DNA of 64,000 bases, taken from contig CAWCBP010000014.1 of NCBI GenBank assembly GCA_963793865.1, positions 32,001 through 96,000 on the forward strand, in the 5' to 3' direction. Position 1 is the first letter of the stretch. Each line of letters begins with the position of its first letter. This document shows positions 1 through 11,900 of the stretch, one piece after another. The notes beneath the pieces were generated by a model. It ran no database searches. It was not told the origin of the DNA and saw only the letters and a program-made list of their open reading frames with translations. The position numbers and the translations under genes are program-made. Source of the stretch: an uncultured delta proteobacterium (lineage in GTDB: Bacteria; Desulfobacterota; WTBG01).

Positions 1-59
1 TTGTTTCTTTCGATTTCATTACTTCCACACTCCACATGTTACTCAAGTACTCCATTTTT

Positions 60-837
60 CTATGCCTCTTCTCCCCTGGTCAAAAAGCTGCGCAGCTTGG
101 GATCCCTGGTTTCGCTCAGCAGCGCTTTGGGATTGCCCGTCGCGCTCATGGTGCGCTCGTCCGTGTCCAGGAAGACCGAGTTGTCGCCGATGGCAAAGAT
201 GCTGGCAAGATCATGGGTGACGACAACAATGGTCGTGCCCAGGCTTTCCTTGAGCTCCAGAATGAGGTCATCGAGGCGCCGCGCGCTTACCGGATCCAGT
301 CCGGCGGAGGGCTCATCAAAGAAGAGGATCTCCGGATCAAGCGCCATGGCCCGGGCCAGCCCCGCCCTCTTGCGCATACCGCCGCTTATCTCCGAAGGGT
401 AGAACTCCTCGAAGCCCGACAGGCCCACCAGCGAAAGCTTGAGAGAAACCAGCTCCTGTATCTGAGAGGGAGAGAGATCGGTGTATTCCCCGAGAGGGAT
501 GGCTACATTTTCCGCCAGGGTCATGGAGCTCCAGAGCGCGCCGCTCTGGTAAAGCACGCCGAATTGCCTCATCATGCGCTCCCGCTCTTCCTGTTCCACT
601 TCCCAGAGGCTGATTTCTCCATAGAGCACCTTACCCCGGGCGGGTGCTTTCAGCCCGATGAGGTGGCGCATCAGCGTGCTCTTGCCGCAGCCGCTTCCCC
701 CCATGATGATGAATACCTCTCCCCGCCCGATGGTGAAATTGAGGTCGCGCATGACCACAAAATCACCATAGGCCATGGTGAGATCATGGACGGTAATATG
801 AGGGTCGTGGGTCTGGGATACTTGCTTCTTGAGTCAT
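60..837 (-). CDS. mlaF: Mla/Ttg2-type ABC transporter ATP-binding subunit; the true start is probably ATG 837, with an apparent frameshift near 800-830
   Basis: Walker A GGSGCGKST, signature ISGGMRKRAGLARA, DEPSAGLDP; next to an MlaE-type permease. Confidence 0.85.
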
Positions 838-857
838 AGCTTGGAATAGCATGAATT

Positions 858-1060
858 CCGAATATCGAAGACAGAAGTCAGGAGTCAGAATTCAGAAGTC
901 AATGGGATATGAGATCTGTGTTCAGAGATCCCTGATAAAGGCGGAAAAGGTTTTTATTGCATATCAGACATCTCTCATCATCGCCACATTCGCGGCTCAC
1001 GCCACTCCTCCAGGTTTTATTTTCCACTATTCCGGTTTCTGCCTTCTCCTCCTAAATTCC
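858..1060. repeat. Nested inverted heptamer arrays (CAGAAGT-type outer, GAGATC/GATATG-type inner)
   Basis: cagaagt caggagt cagaatt cagaagt at 872-900; tgggata tgagatc tgtg at ~903 pairs with gcatatc agacatc tctcatc at ~959-980. Confidence 0.6.
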
Positions 1061-2191
1061 CAGTGCGTTACAGATGACCGCCATCAGGCCGTCGGAGACG
1101 ATGATAAAGACGATTGATGTCACCACTGCGGAGGTGGCCGCGTCACCGACCGCCTGGGCGCTGCGCCCGCACTGCATGCCCCGGAGACAACCGGCAAGGG
1201 CGATCAGTACGCCGTAGACCACACTCTTGAAAAGGCCGATGTTGATGTTGGCCAGGTTGACCGCGGCTTTTGTCTCGACAAAATATTGCATGGGGGCAAT
1301 GTCCAGCATGCCGACTCCCACAAGCACGCCGCCCAGCATGCCCATGAGGTTGGCATAGAGGCAGAGGAGCGGCATCATGAGTATCAGTGCCAGCATGCGG
1401 GGAAGCACCAGGAATTCCATGGGAGAAATCCCCATGGTGGTGAGGGCATCGATCTCCTCGTTCACCTGCATGGTGCCGAGCTGGGCGGCGAAGGCGGCGC
1501 CGGTGCGCCCCGCCATGATGATGCCGGTCATCATGGCCCCCATCTCCCGCACCATGGCGATTCCCACCATGTCCGCCACGTAAATCTGCGCGCCGAAGAG
1601 CTTGAGCTGCACCGCCCCGACAAAGGCGAGGATCAGGCCCACCAGCAGGCTTATAAGGGAAACAATGGGCAGGGCCTGCGCGCCGCACTCCTGGATGATC
1701 AAGCCCAGATCGGACCGGCGGAATTGCGCCTTGCCCAGAAAAAACCTCACCATGGCCATGGTTGACGCCCCGATAAATTCAAGCATCTCCGCGGCTGAGC
1801 GGCCTGCTGCAAGAGTCCCCGCGCCTACCCTGGAAAGGAAAGGTTCGCGTCCTTTGGCCGCGTAGGTTTTCTTTTCAGGGACCGCCGTGGCAATGTCCAG
1901 CAGCCGCCTGACACCCTGCGGCAGCCCGCCCTTGTCACATTCGATCTTTTTTCCGAAACAGAGGTTGATGAGCTTGATCATGAAGGTGAGGAGGCTTGAA
2001 TCCCAGCCGGAGAGCAATTGGGTATCAAAGGTAACGCGGCGGATCTGCGGGTTGGCATCAACTTGATTTTTCAGGTCATCAAAGGAGGGTAGGGCATGCC
2101 CCGTTTTCCAGCAGCCGGCAAAGCTGACGCAGAGCGAATCAATGGCAGGCCGGCTAACATTCAGCTCACACCTTTCAGGTACTGTTTCCAT
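1052..2191 (-). CDS. mlaE: MlaE-family ABC permease with N-terminal STAS-like domain
   Basis: REMGAMMTGIIMAGRTGAAFAAQLGTMQVNEEIDAL motif; multiple TM helices. Confidence 0.9.
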   Translation of the reverse strand: METVPERCELNVSRPAIDSLCVSFAGCWKTGHALPSFDDLKNQVDANPQIRRVTFDTQLLSGWDSSLLTFMIKLINLCFGKKIECDKGGLPQGVRRLLDIATAVPEKKTYAAKGREPFLSRVGAGTLAAGRSAAEMLEFIGASTMAMVRFFLGKAQFRRSDLGLIIQECGAQALPIVSLISLLVGLILAFVGAVQLKLFGAQIYVADMVGIAMVREMGAMMTGIIMAGRTGAAFAAQLGTMQVNEEIDALTTMGISPMEFLVLPRMLALILMMPLLCLYANLMGMLGGVLVGVGMLDIAPMQYFVETKAAVNLANINIGLFKSVVYGVLIALAGCLRGMQCGRSAQAVGDAATSAVVTSIVFIIVSDGLMAVICNALGI

Positions 2192-2239
2192 AGGGGTGTC
2201 ACTGTATGCCTGTTGTGAGGTGTAGGGACGAAAATGAAA

Positions 2240-3067
2240 TTAGGGTATGCGCTCAGCCGGGGCTGAGGGAATCCATTGCTTGATGGTGCTTTTCAGCTTT
2301 CCGTTGCTTTTCCAGCATTCAAGAAAGCGATTTGCCGATTCCAGAAGCTTAGAGGTCATCTTTGCGGATGCCCCATGCAAGATTCTCTTCGGTCAAGAAG
2401 ATTGGAATCAGCGTGATGCCCTGAGGTTCTTTGGCAGTTGCGTTCCACCAGATAACCGGTGCATCCCCAATAACCATGTCGATTCGCTCCTCTATCAGGG
2501 CCTGCACGGCATCTTTGGTCAGAGTAAAAGGGATCTTTCGGGTGGTGAGATTAAATTCCTTCTGTACCAGGAAATCGCCCGTCGTTCCTTTCATAAAGCC
2601 GACCCTGCCCGGGGTATTTTTTATGGATGAAGCAGAAGGGTATAATGATACATCCTGATGGCGCACCAGGGTCATAAGACCGGCCTTAAGATAAGGGGAA
2701 GTAAAATTGATGCGTGTCTCCCTCATTTTGGTGACGGACATTCCTGACATAATGATATCGATTCTCTTTTCCAGAAGCGCCGGCATCAGATCATCCCATG
2801 CCAGCACCACAAATCGGGGAGTTTTTCCAAGTGACTGCGCAAGCGCATTTGCAAAATCAGCCTCGATCCCGGCGACCGGCCTTCCTGATAAAAGATGAGC
2901 GGCGGGGCAGAAGGCGCGACACCAATGCGCAAGCTATTTTCCGCAAGGGCAGCAGGTGCTGCTGCGGTTTTTCCCTTGTCTGTACCCGCACATCCTGAAA
3001 AAGCAAAAAGACTCACCATGCATGTGACCACAACCCACATTTTTTGCCCTGTTTTTTTACTGATCAT
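2240..3067 (-). CDS. Polar amino-acid ABC substrate-binding lipoprotein (SBP_bac_3), two apparent frameshifts (~2350, ~2875)
   Basis: Lipobox FSGC, LRIG..PP, WDDLMPALLEKRIDIIMSGMSVT; ORFs 2786-3067 and 2349-2810 join, and the frame-corrected C-terminus ends at TAA 2240. Confidence 0.8.
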
Positions 3068-3302
3068 GTTTCAAAGCCTCCTGTATCGCAAGGATGTTTT
3101 AACGAAGGCTACAATACACTAATCTTTTGAAAAATCAACAAATTTCCTTTTCGTGGCCTCGCGGAAACGGTTGGTGCAAAGATATAAAAAGGCATAGCTT
3201 GTGAGAACGGTCTGTGCTATGGTGATTGAGGCGTACATCAAACTGTTATCCGAATTTTCCCTGCACAGGGGCTTAGTAGCTGTCAATCAAAACAGGAGAA
3301 AT

Positions 3303-3665
3303 ATGAAAGATGAAAACCACGCAATATTTTGATTACACACCTGAAGGTGGGTATCGGCAATTTGCCCTGAGGTTCCCGGTGCTAACGGACAAGGGGAAAC
3401 CATAGAAGACCAAGAATAATTTGAGATGAGGCCATAGAACTTATTCTGAAGACAGGTGAAATACTTCGTGGATTGCCCAGGATGATACAAGAAACTGCCC
3501 ACATTGAATTGAAGGACAGGAGGGATCGCCGAGACGAAAGAGTATAAAGTGAAAACATCCATATCGATGTAGATGAAAAGGGCAATATCGTAAGTATCCC
3601 CGACAATTGAACATGTAAAGCTAATGCAGGGCTACGGAAGATTCTCATATCAAGAAGTGTCTCGA
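3303..3665 (+). pseudogene. Decayed toxin-antitoxin fragments (HicB-like and DUF2283-like)
   Basis: Broken reading frames give PEGG..CPEVPGANGQGETIE (HicB-like) and ENIHIDVDEKGNIVS (DUF2283-like). Confidence 0.55.
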
Positions 3666-3706
3666 CAAACCGCCTAATCATGATCGAAAAGATGGAGGAA
3701 CAGGAA

Positions 3707-5622
3707 ATGTACGGCTGGGCGGGAACCATTTTGCGGGTGGATTTGAGCAGCGGCAGGATTGAGCGGCAGCCGCTTGACAAAAAGCTGTGTGACGATTTTA
3801 TCGGCGGAAGGGGCATCAGCGCGAAAATCATTTTTGATGAGGTGCCGCCCGGCACGGAGCCGTTTTCCCCGCAGAACAAATTGATCTTCTCCTGCGGGCC
3901 GCTTTCGGGAACCTCCGCGCCATGCCCGGCACGGTTTCATGTGACCGGAAAGGCGCCCCTTACCGGCATCATGGGCAATTCCAACGCCGGCGGCTATTTC
4001 GGGCCGGCCATGAAACGCGCGGGATACGATCACATTATCATTGAGGGTAAATCCCAGGAACCGGTATATCTTATGGATTGATAATGATCGGGTTGAGATC
4101 AAAAAAGCAGGCCACCTCTGGGGCAAAAATATACGGGAGGCGGAGGCGCAGATCAAAAAGGAACGCAATGACAGAAGGGTCCGGGTGGCTGCCATCGGGC
4201 CGGCGGGTGAGAGACTGGTACGCATTGCCAATATCGTGCACGAAGAGCGCTCCGCGTCACGGACCGGCCTGGGGGCGGTGATGGGCTCCAAGCATTTAAA
4301 GGCCGTCGCCATCCGGGGATCGAAAGAAGTTAAACTGTTTGACCCCGAGGGATTCGCGCGCCTGGCCAAAGATATGCAGCAGCGCATCGCCAGATCGGAC
4401 AAGTATGACCATTTCCGCAAGAACGGAGGCTCAACCGGAACCTATGGCACCAGCAAGGCGGGTTTTCTGGCCAGCAGAAATTTCAATCAAACGGGGGATT
4501 TTGAAGGCATTGAAAACTTTAATCCCAGGAATGTTGCCCCCAGGTTTTATCTTTCCAACAAGCCCTGCTTCAAGTGCCCCATCGGGTGCGGCAAGCGATG
4601 GGAGGTGAAGGACGGTCCCTTTGCGGGTGAGTGGGGCAATAAAATCGAGGAGGGCGCATTTACGCCGCTGGGGCCGGTGTGCGGCAACAGCAACGTTGAA
4701 TCCGTTTTCAAGATGAACAATATGGCCAACCAGCTGGGGCTGGACACGATTGAGTGCGCCGCGGGAATGGCCGTGGTCATGGAGTGGTACGAGAAGGGCA
4801 TTGTTACCAGGAAAGATCTCGACGGCATCGAGCTCACCTGGGGAAACTACAATGCCATGATACAGATGATGGAAAAAGTCGCCTTTCGGCAGGGGGTGGG
4901 TGACATCCTGGCAGAAGGGTATTGTCAGGGCATCGCGCGCGTTCGGTGCAGAAGCGGAAAAATGCGTGAGCCACTCCAAGGGAATGGGCATGTCCGGGGT
5001 GGATTCGAGACTGATGAAAGGCACCTCCCTGGGATTCGCCACCTCCACCCGGGGTGCCTGCCACCTGACCGCGCTGGTGCCGGTGGAATTTCCCGCCTTC
5101 CCGGTTATGACCAAAGAGCAGGCAGAGGCAACCTTCGGTACGGCTGAGGTCATGGACCCCGCATCCTATAAGAAGGCAAGCGCGCTGATTTACTACCAGC
5201 ACAGAGCCCTGATGTGTGACCTGTTCCAGGTGTGCAAGTTCCTCCTGGGGCTGGGCACCGGTACCAAGGACTTTTCCTATGACAACCTCTACAGCCTCTT
5301 TTATCTTGCCACCGGGGTGCAGAGCGATGAAAAGGGTGTACTGACCGCTGCCGAGCGCGTGCACAATGTGGAGCGGGCATATGCCTGCCGGGAAGGTCTG
5401 GACAGGAAGGACGATCATTTGGTAGGCAAGTGGGCTGACGAGCCGGTTCCCAACGGCCCGCACAAGGGGGAAAAGCTTGATCCGGCCAAATGGGAGCAGA
5501 TGCTCGATGAGTATTATGATTTAAGAGGCTGGACGCGGAACGGCATTCCCGGCAAGGAGAAGCTTGCCGCGCTGGGCCTTGAAGATGTTGCCGCATCGCT
5601 GGAGGAGGCGAAGTTGTATTAG
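3707..5622 (+). CDS. Aldehyde:ferredoxin oxidoreductase family (W/Mo), two apparent frameshifts (~4070, ~4920)
   Basis: MYGWAGTILRVDLS, IGPAGE, GLGAVMGSKHLKAV, CFKCPIGC, STRGACH, YYDLRGW; GGAGG RBS at ~3694. Confidence 0.9.
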
Positions 5623-5676
5623 AGTAGAAGGCGTTTTATCGTTTCATTCTATTGAAACGAAAATAAAGTTCGTTCC

Positions 5677-5701
5677 GTAGGGGCGACCGGCCGGTCGCCC
5701 C
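5677..5701 (+). repeat. GTAG-type REP palindrome
   Basis: gtaggggcgaccggccggtcgcccc; near-identical copies at 20919 and 40786. Confidence 0.8.
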
Positions 5702-5735
5702 AATATTATGAAAAGACTTTGGGGATGGGGTGATT

Positions 5736-6461
5736 TTAATATGTCTTCTCAGCCCGCTTCACTGCCTTGACGAGATCCGCCGACTTGGGGTTGCTGACCT
5801 TGCGGCGCACGATGATTTCTATGGGCCGTACATCTCTTCCGTAGTATTCGCTGTTCCAGACATCATTCACCCGCATGGTGGAGCCGGAGAGCGAGAGACC
5901 GGCAAAAGCGCCTTTTGACTTGGCGAAACTGAAGTAGTCTGCGTCGAGGGTGGGCACCGTTGACGCCTCACCCGTTGCGCCGACCGGCCCGGCGGCAATC
6001 GAGGCTTCGGCACCGAGATTAACCGACGAAGTGTAAAATTCCTCCAGGCCGCGCAGGGTCCTGATCAGGACAATTACCTCGGAGGTCTTCCCGCCTATCT
6101 GCAATCCCCAGCTCACGCCCAGGTTGATGAGAAACACCGGCTCCGACCATTCGCCGGTAAGATCATCACGGGCAATGAGGATCGCCCTGCCGCCTGATCC
6201 GCCGAAGATGAATCCCCCCTTGATGAGCTGGGGAATGATAATGATGCCGTAGGAATCCTTGATGTGCTGCCGGAACCAGTCCAGCTTCGGCTCGGAGGTA
6301 AAACTGTTTAAGGTGACAATGGCCTTATCAATGAGGATTGTCTGGTTGGTTATTTCATCTACCACGATCTCCTCCTCCTCCGCATTGATGAAACCGGTGA
6401 GAAACAGGATGAGCATAGCCGCTAAAGATAGTGCCGTTGCGCTTTTGATCAATACCTTCAT
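5736..6461 (-). CDS. Lipid-binding SYLF/Ysc84 domain protein, exported
   Basis: Signal peptide; KGGFIFGGSGG, WGLQIGG, AAGPVG, SKGAFAGLSL. Confidence 0.85.
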   Translation of the reverse strand: MKVLIKSATALSLAAMLILFLTGFINAEEEEIVVDEITNQTILIDKAIVTLNSFTSEPKLDWFRQHIKDSYGIIIIPQLIKGGFIFGGSGGRAILIARDDLTGEWSEPVFLINLGVSWGLQIGGKTSEVIVLIRTLRGLEEFYTSSVNLGAEASIAAGPVGATGEASTVPTLDADYFSFAKSKGAFAGLSLSGSTMRVNDVWNSEYYGRDVRPIEIIVRRKVSNPKSADLVKAVKRAEKTY

Positions 6462-6521
6462 TTCTTTATCTCCTTTCCAGAGGTGTGTGGTTACATTACT
6501 TGCTTCAGTTTCGTGCAGGGT

Positions 6522-6650
6522 CAAATCTGAGAATGTACCAGCCTTGTGATTGTCAATCTCTCAGAAATAGGTATAACCGGTAGGAGCGGCTTTTAGCCGC
6601 GAGTGCATCGCGCCTGAAGGTGCTCCTACCGAAATTTCAAACATCTTTGG
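6522..6650. repeat. ~130-bp dispersed repeat with REP doublet core (copy 1)
   Basis: Aligns by eye with the reverse complement of 40566-40692. Confidence 0.8.
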
Positions 6651-8160
6651 TTGGACTTGCCTTTTTAGTTTTTGCCTGTGCAAACGCCTTGACGCTCTGC
6701 TGCTCCTGCATGAGTTTCCTTCTGTTGCCGGTGTGCTTTAAGCCGCACAGCATCATGGTCACGGCGTTTCGCCAGCCCATCAGCCGGTACCGGAACACCT
6801 TGCGCAGGATGGACAGGACATGAGGGAGCGAATAAAACCGTCCGTGAATCCGCTTGCGGATAGATTTAAGGTGATCGCGGGAATACTTCTTTGAGCAGAC
6901 ATATCCCTTGCCGTCCACGTAGTAGGATCCGCCGGACCGCATGACCATTTCCTCAAGCTGGGAGGCGTGCTCCATTTTGAGATAGCTGGGATAGATAAAA
7001 TCAAGTCCCAGCTCGCGGGCGAAATCCGCTATTTTGAGCATGTCGTCTTCAGTCTCTCCCAGGTTGCCGACGATAAAGTAGCCGACAAGCAGAAAAGGAT
7101 GCTTCCTGAGGCGGCTGCAGGCTTCCCGGGCCCTGGCGGTGTCAAACCCTTTCTCAAGTTCGCGCAGGGTTCTATCGCTGGTTGATTCTATGCCCAGCGA
7201 CAGAAGCTTGAAGCCGGCCTTCCACAGCTTGGCGAGAACCGCTTCATGAAAAGCGACCTCGATGCGGAGCGCGACACCGATGGTTTTTTTTATGTTTCGC
7301 TCTATAATGAGATCACACAATTCCTCAACCCTGCCAATGTCCGCGGCAAAGTGATCGTCGGTAAAGAGAACGTAGTCTGCTGCAAGTCCTTCCAGCTCTG
7401 CGACAACCGATTTCGCCGATCTGCCGGTCCAGGGCCTTTTTTCTCCCAGGGGTGTCCTGCTGAAGGTGCAGAACTTGCAGTGAAAGGGACAACCGCGGGA
7501 AGACGAGAGCACATCGAAGGCAATGCCGGTTTCAACCCTGCCCATGCGAATCCGGTAGGGCTGTATTCTGCCTTCCCTGTCAGGCCGGATGTCTTCGGGA
7601 ATGCCGTCAAAGCGGCGGTTGGGATTGTGGCGGACCGAGCCGTTTGCACGGTAGGAAAGACCGGCAATAGTCGGGAGCTTTCTCCCTGAAAAGAGTTCGC
7701 TTACGGTTTCCTCGCCGTCTCCCCGCACGACAAAATCAACCTTGGGGCAGGTCCTGAAGATCTCCTCGGTGCTGACGGTGGCGGCCCTGCCGCCGACAAT
7801 AATGGTCTGGTCCGGTTTAAAGAGGGCTGTCAGGAAAGGCAGCAGGGGGAGCTGGTCTTCCCAGTTGGCGCTGATGCACACCGCCTCCGCATCGAGCTGC
7901 CTGAGCCGCTCCGGATCAGGTTCAAAACGCATGTCAACCAGCCGGGTTTCCGCGCCTGTCTTCCTGACGGCCGCAGAGATGTATTCCAGGCCGAGGGGGG
8001 GAAGCCAGTTGGTTGCGCTGACACCTTTCCCCCAGGGATATATGCAAAGGGCATTTCGTGTTGAGGAAAGTGTGTTGCGTGCATCCATCGGATTAGCGTG
8101 AGTGCAATAGAATGAGATGTCCTGATGCCGGATGATCCCAATTCGATGCAACCATATCAT
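6637..8160 (-). CDS. B12-binding domain radical SAM protein (start uncertain)
   Basis: PPLGLEY and RGDGEET (cobalamin-binding domain); SRGCPFHCKFC (CxxxCxxC). Confidence 0.9.
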   Translation of the reverse strand: MIWLHRIGIIRHQDISFYCTHANPMDARNTLSSTRNALCIYPWGKGVSATNWLPPLGLEYISAAVRKTGAETRLVDMRFEPDPERLRQLDAEAVCISANWEDQLPLLPFLTALFKPDQTIIVGGRAATVSTEEIFRTCPKVDFVVRGDGEETVSELFSGRKLPTIAGLSYRANGSVRHNPNRRFDGIPEDIRPDREGRIQPYRIRMGRVETGIAFDVLSSSRGCPFHCKFCTFSRTPLGEKRPWTGRSAKSVVAELEGLAADYVLFTDDHFAADIGRVEELCDLIIERNIKKTIGVALRIEVAFHEAVLAKLWKAGFKLLSLGIESTSDRTLRELEKGFDTARAREACSRLRKHPFLLVGYFIVGNLGETEDDMLKIADFARELGLDFIYPSYLKMEHASQLEEMVMRSGGSYYVDGKGYVCSKKYSRDHLKSIRKRIHGRFYSLPHVLSILRKVFRYRLMGWRNAVTMMLCGLKHTGNRRKLMQEQQSVKAFAQAKTKKASPTKDV

Positions 8161-8169
8161 TTTTCATTG

Positions 8170-8201
8170 AAAAAGAAAAGCCCCGCAGCACGCTGCGGGG
8201 C
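8170..8201 (-). terminator. Rho-independent terminator
   Basis: gccccgcagc-gt-gctgcggggc hairpin followed by a T-run on the minus strand. Confidence 0.7.
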
Positions 8202-8225
8202 GCTCGCGGGAACTGCTCCCTGTGG

Positions 8226-8840
8226 TTACTGAAAGAAGTAGCTCACCCCCACCAGCCCGAAGTGATGATCGATGCCCTCGTTATCACCGTCCATGCCCGC
8301 GTTGGACAGGTGGCGGAAACGATAACCGGCGGTCAGCGCGACCTGATTGGTAAGGAAAAAGTGAATGCCCGCGCCCGCCTGCGTGAGAAAGTTGAACTGT
8401 GTACCCTGTTCGTGTGTATGCTGGGTGGTGTATATCATCCCCAAACCACCCTCAATATAGGGGGCTATGCGTGAGGTGATCTTTTGCGAATACTTGAGAA
8501 AGAACGAACATCCCACCTCCGCATTGGCGTCAGGACGGGTCACCACATTCATGAGCGGTTCGATCATGCCTTCGAAGGTGCCTTTCGGTTCGATGTGGAG
8601 TTTTTTTGCCAGCGGATTGATGTCAAATCCGAACTGGGGCAGGAGGGGAATGACTTCATATTCCGATGCTTTCTTGCTGAGAGGTGCCGATCCATAACCG
8701 CTCAGTAGTCCTATCTCTCTCAGCCATTTGTGAGGCTTTTCCTCCGGCGGCGCTGCATCTGTTTTCGATGGGGTGAGCATCAGTAGGAACACAACCAGCA
8801 GGCCCAGGAAAATAAAAGCATTCAACGTCCTTCTTCTCAT
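8226..8840 (-). CDS. PagL-like acyloxyacyl hydrolase / lipid A deacylase beta-barrel
   Basis: QFNF..GAG, RHLSNAG..N.GID catalytic motif, C-terminal YFF; signal peptide. Confidence 0.8.
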   Translation of the reverse strand: MRRRTLNAFIFLGLLVVFLLMLTPSKTDAAPPEEKPHKWLREIGLLSGYGSAPLSKKASEYEVIPLLPQFGFDINPLAKKLHIEPKGTFEGMIEPLMNVVTRPDANAEVGCSFFLKYSQKITSRIAPYIEGGLGMIYTTQHTHEQGTQFNFLTQAGAGIHFFLTNQVALTAGYRFRHLSNAGMDGDNEGIDHHFGLVGVSYFFQ

Positions 8841-8965
8841 CTTTCAGATCCTTTAACCAATCTACATGAGTTGCATCATTCACTATTGGTTGCGCGGTGC
8901 TTGTGTTCATGTAGCATCATTCCGAGCGACCGTCAACAAAATTTGCTGTCGGGAGTTCAACCGGT

Positions 8966-11900
8966 TTATTTCATCCGCAGATCTACACGGCTTGCCGGCA
9001 GGTTCTCCTTTTGCTCAGGTGCCGGAGACGGCGATTCCACCAGGAATAGCCTTCCCGCGGCAACCTGCCCCTGGACCGAAAGGTAGTCCATCACCGCCCC
9101 GGCGCGCCCCTTGGCGAGCGCGCCCAGATCATCATCAGTGATGCTGATATTTTTCTTCATCAGCGCCTCCATTTCCGCTGCCGGCAGGGATTTGGCGATC
9201 CCCAGCAGACCTTTCGGCTTCTCGAATTTCGCCGAGCGATACGCCTTGCCGAGCAGCTTTTCATATTCCTCCGGCGCAAGATCTGTCAGGGAAACGGCCG
9301 CTCCATCCTGATCCGCTTTTTTCCGTGACCTGTGCGCCAGCAGCAGCTGTTCAAATGCCGCATCAACCAGGCCCTGCCGGTCTGCCTCCACGTCCACAAA
9401 CCCGGAGATGTCAATGCTCAGACCCGGACGGTCCGCCAGCGCCTTTGCCAGCGTTGCCAGCTTCGCCTGTTCGGTTTCGCTCAGCCGGCTGCTGCCCTGC
9501 TCAAAGGTAACATAGCTTAAATCCTCGGATGATCCCATCATGGAGCCTAAGCAGTGAGAACGGGGACGTGGCGGCCTTGAGCAGCAGGTTTTTAAGCACT
9601 TTGATTAAGACCCCGACAATGCTGAACTCCGGATCATCAAGCCGGCCGGAAACCGGAAGATTAAGTTTTATTTTGCCACTGCTGTCCTTGAGCAGCGAAA
9701 CGCCCAGTTTTACCGGGAGATCAACGGCATCAGGACTTTCCACCTTTTCCCCGAAGTCAAACTGATCAATGATGATATCATTGGTTGAGTCAAGTTTCTT
9801 ATCATCAATCAGGTAGTGCAGGTCCAGAGAAAGCTTTCCCTTCTGAATCCGGTGGCCCACATATTTCCCTGAATAGGGGGTGAAAGGGCTCAGGTCCATA
9901 TCATTGAGCTTTACGGCAAGGTCCAAAAACAAGGCATCCCTGAAGGGATTGAGCGTGCCGGTAATTTTGACAGGTGAGGAGTTATTAATGCTGGCAGTCA
10001 ATAGCACATCTGCTTTTTGTTCCTGCTTCGATGAAATGTTACGTATGGTGCCGTTCAGACTGGTAATACTGGCGGAGTAGGCGGGCATGACGGATCGGTC
10101 GGTAAGATTGATCTTCCCGTCCTTCATGGCAATTACTCCGATGGTGAGCGGCAGCGGTTCTGATTGTTGCGGCTCGGGCGGTGAGGGCGGAGGCGGTTCC
10201 TGCGCTTCCCCTTTTGCCGGCGGCTGCAGTGATGCAGTCTTCGGGGTCATACTGCTGGTCAGGTTGACCGTTTTGTCCTGGTTGACAACAATATTGGAAA
10301 AGAGCTTCTCAAGGTTTATGTCCTTTATGCTGATGGCAAGCGGAGAGGTTCCGATATCTATGCCGCCTGCCTTGAGCTGTTTCCATTTCAAAAGGTCGGT
10401 TGCTGTGTTCTGCTCCTTCAGGGCAAAGTCAGCTATCGCCGTATTGCCGGCAAAGGTGGTTGCCATTGCCTCCTGCTCCTGAGAGAGCTTGAGGGTGCCT
10501 GCGGTAGAAAGCCTGCCACCGGCAAGGGTGGCATTCATAATGCCTGCGAGAAAGGGTTGAAATTCCGCCATTTCGATTTCTTTAAGGTCCAGGTTGAGAT
10601 TTGCGGAAAGAGGAGTGAGGCAGCAGTCACCTTTGGCGGCAACCGTTCCCGCTTCGTTTACCCGGCAGGAAAAATCAATCTGACTTTTTGCGGCAGCGCG
10701 GGTGGAAACATCACGGGCGTCGAGGGTTATCCCGTCAAGGGTGAGGTTGCTGTCCTCTTCCGCGGTGAGCTGTTCTCCCTGGAAACTGCACCCCTGCAGG
10801 GAGATTTTCTTAACCGTGGTTACCCAGGAGGGGCCGTCCGGGGCAGGGGGCGATCCCTGTTCCGCCGCGGACTCCGGTGGCGCAATGGCCTGCGCATTGA
10901 GGTCCCCCCCGCCGGCAGGTCTCCTGATAAGCACCGAGCATCCCTCGGCGGCAATGGCTTCCACCATCACTTCCTGTTTTGCGGCATCGAGCGATATGCC
11001 GTTCACCGACAAGGCGGGTAGCTTTAGTAAATCCGCCTTTGTAACTGCAGCGTCTTTTTCAGCTTTATAAGAATCGCTGACGGACACACTGGCGTCCTTT
11101 AAGACAATTTCATCAATCGTAAGCTCAAACGGTTTTTTCCGTGGTGCTGCTGCAGGCGGTGGCGGCTGCTGCGCCGTCTCCTCTGAGGCGACCACATTGT
11201 AAATATTAACCTTCCCGTTCCGGTCACGCGCAAGGCCCATAGCGGTCCCCTCCAGCAGGATTTTTCCGAGGTGCACCTTCCCGGCCAAAAAGCTGGACGG
11301 GGCTACGGCAACCTGCAGGAGGCCAAGTTTCAGCAGCTGGTTGTTGTCGGCGTCCATAATGCCGAGGTCTTTTATGATTACCTCTCCGTTCACCTGCGAT
11401 TTTGGTTCCTTATCTTTATACCTGGTGAAGGTTAATTCGGCGGCAACATCAAGTGTGCCCGATGTGACATCTATGCCGGTTTTTACCGGAACATAGGCAA
11501 AATAATAGGGCAGATCAATTCCCTTGAGATTGATGTTGAGCGTGCTCTCCAGGGAATCGGCAAAAGGCTTGGTTTGGCCGGTCATGGTTATGGGTGTCTT
11601 ATTGACTTCCGCCGTGAAGCGGGGCTGGGTGAATATCTCCACAGCAGTGCCGATATTGGAAATGAACGGTATGTCGAAATTCAGGTTATTAATGGTGTGC
11701 ACCGTATTGACCACTTGATCGTGAATCTCCGCCTGCCCGTTTGAGATCCGTATATTATTGAGGGAAAATCTGAGCGGTGCCGGGGCTTCCCCGGATGGAG
11801 CCGGTTTTTCTGTCTCCGGCCCCTGCGGGGTGATGATGTCGGTGAAATTGAAGGTGTTGTCCCCCGCGCGCACCACCCGGACGTACGGGCCGTCAAGTTG

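Noticed and set aside
1..19. Start of an mlaD gene at the window edge
   Set aside because: Only about six codons are visible, too few to support a call
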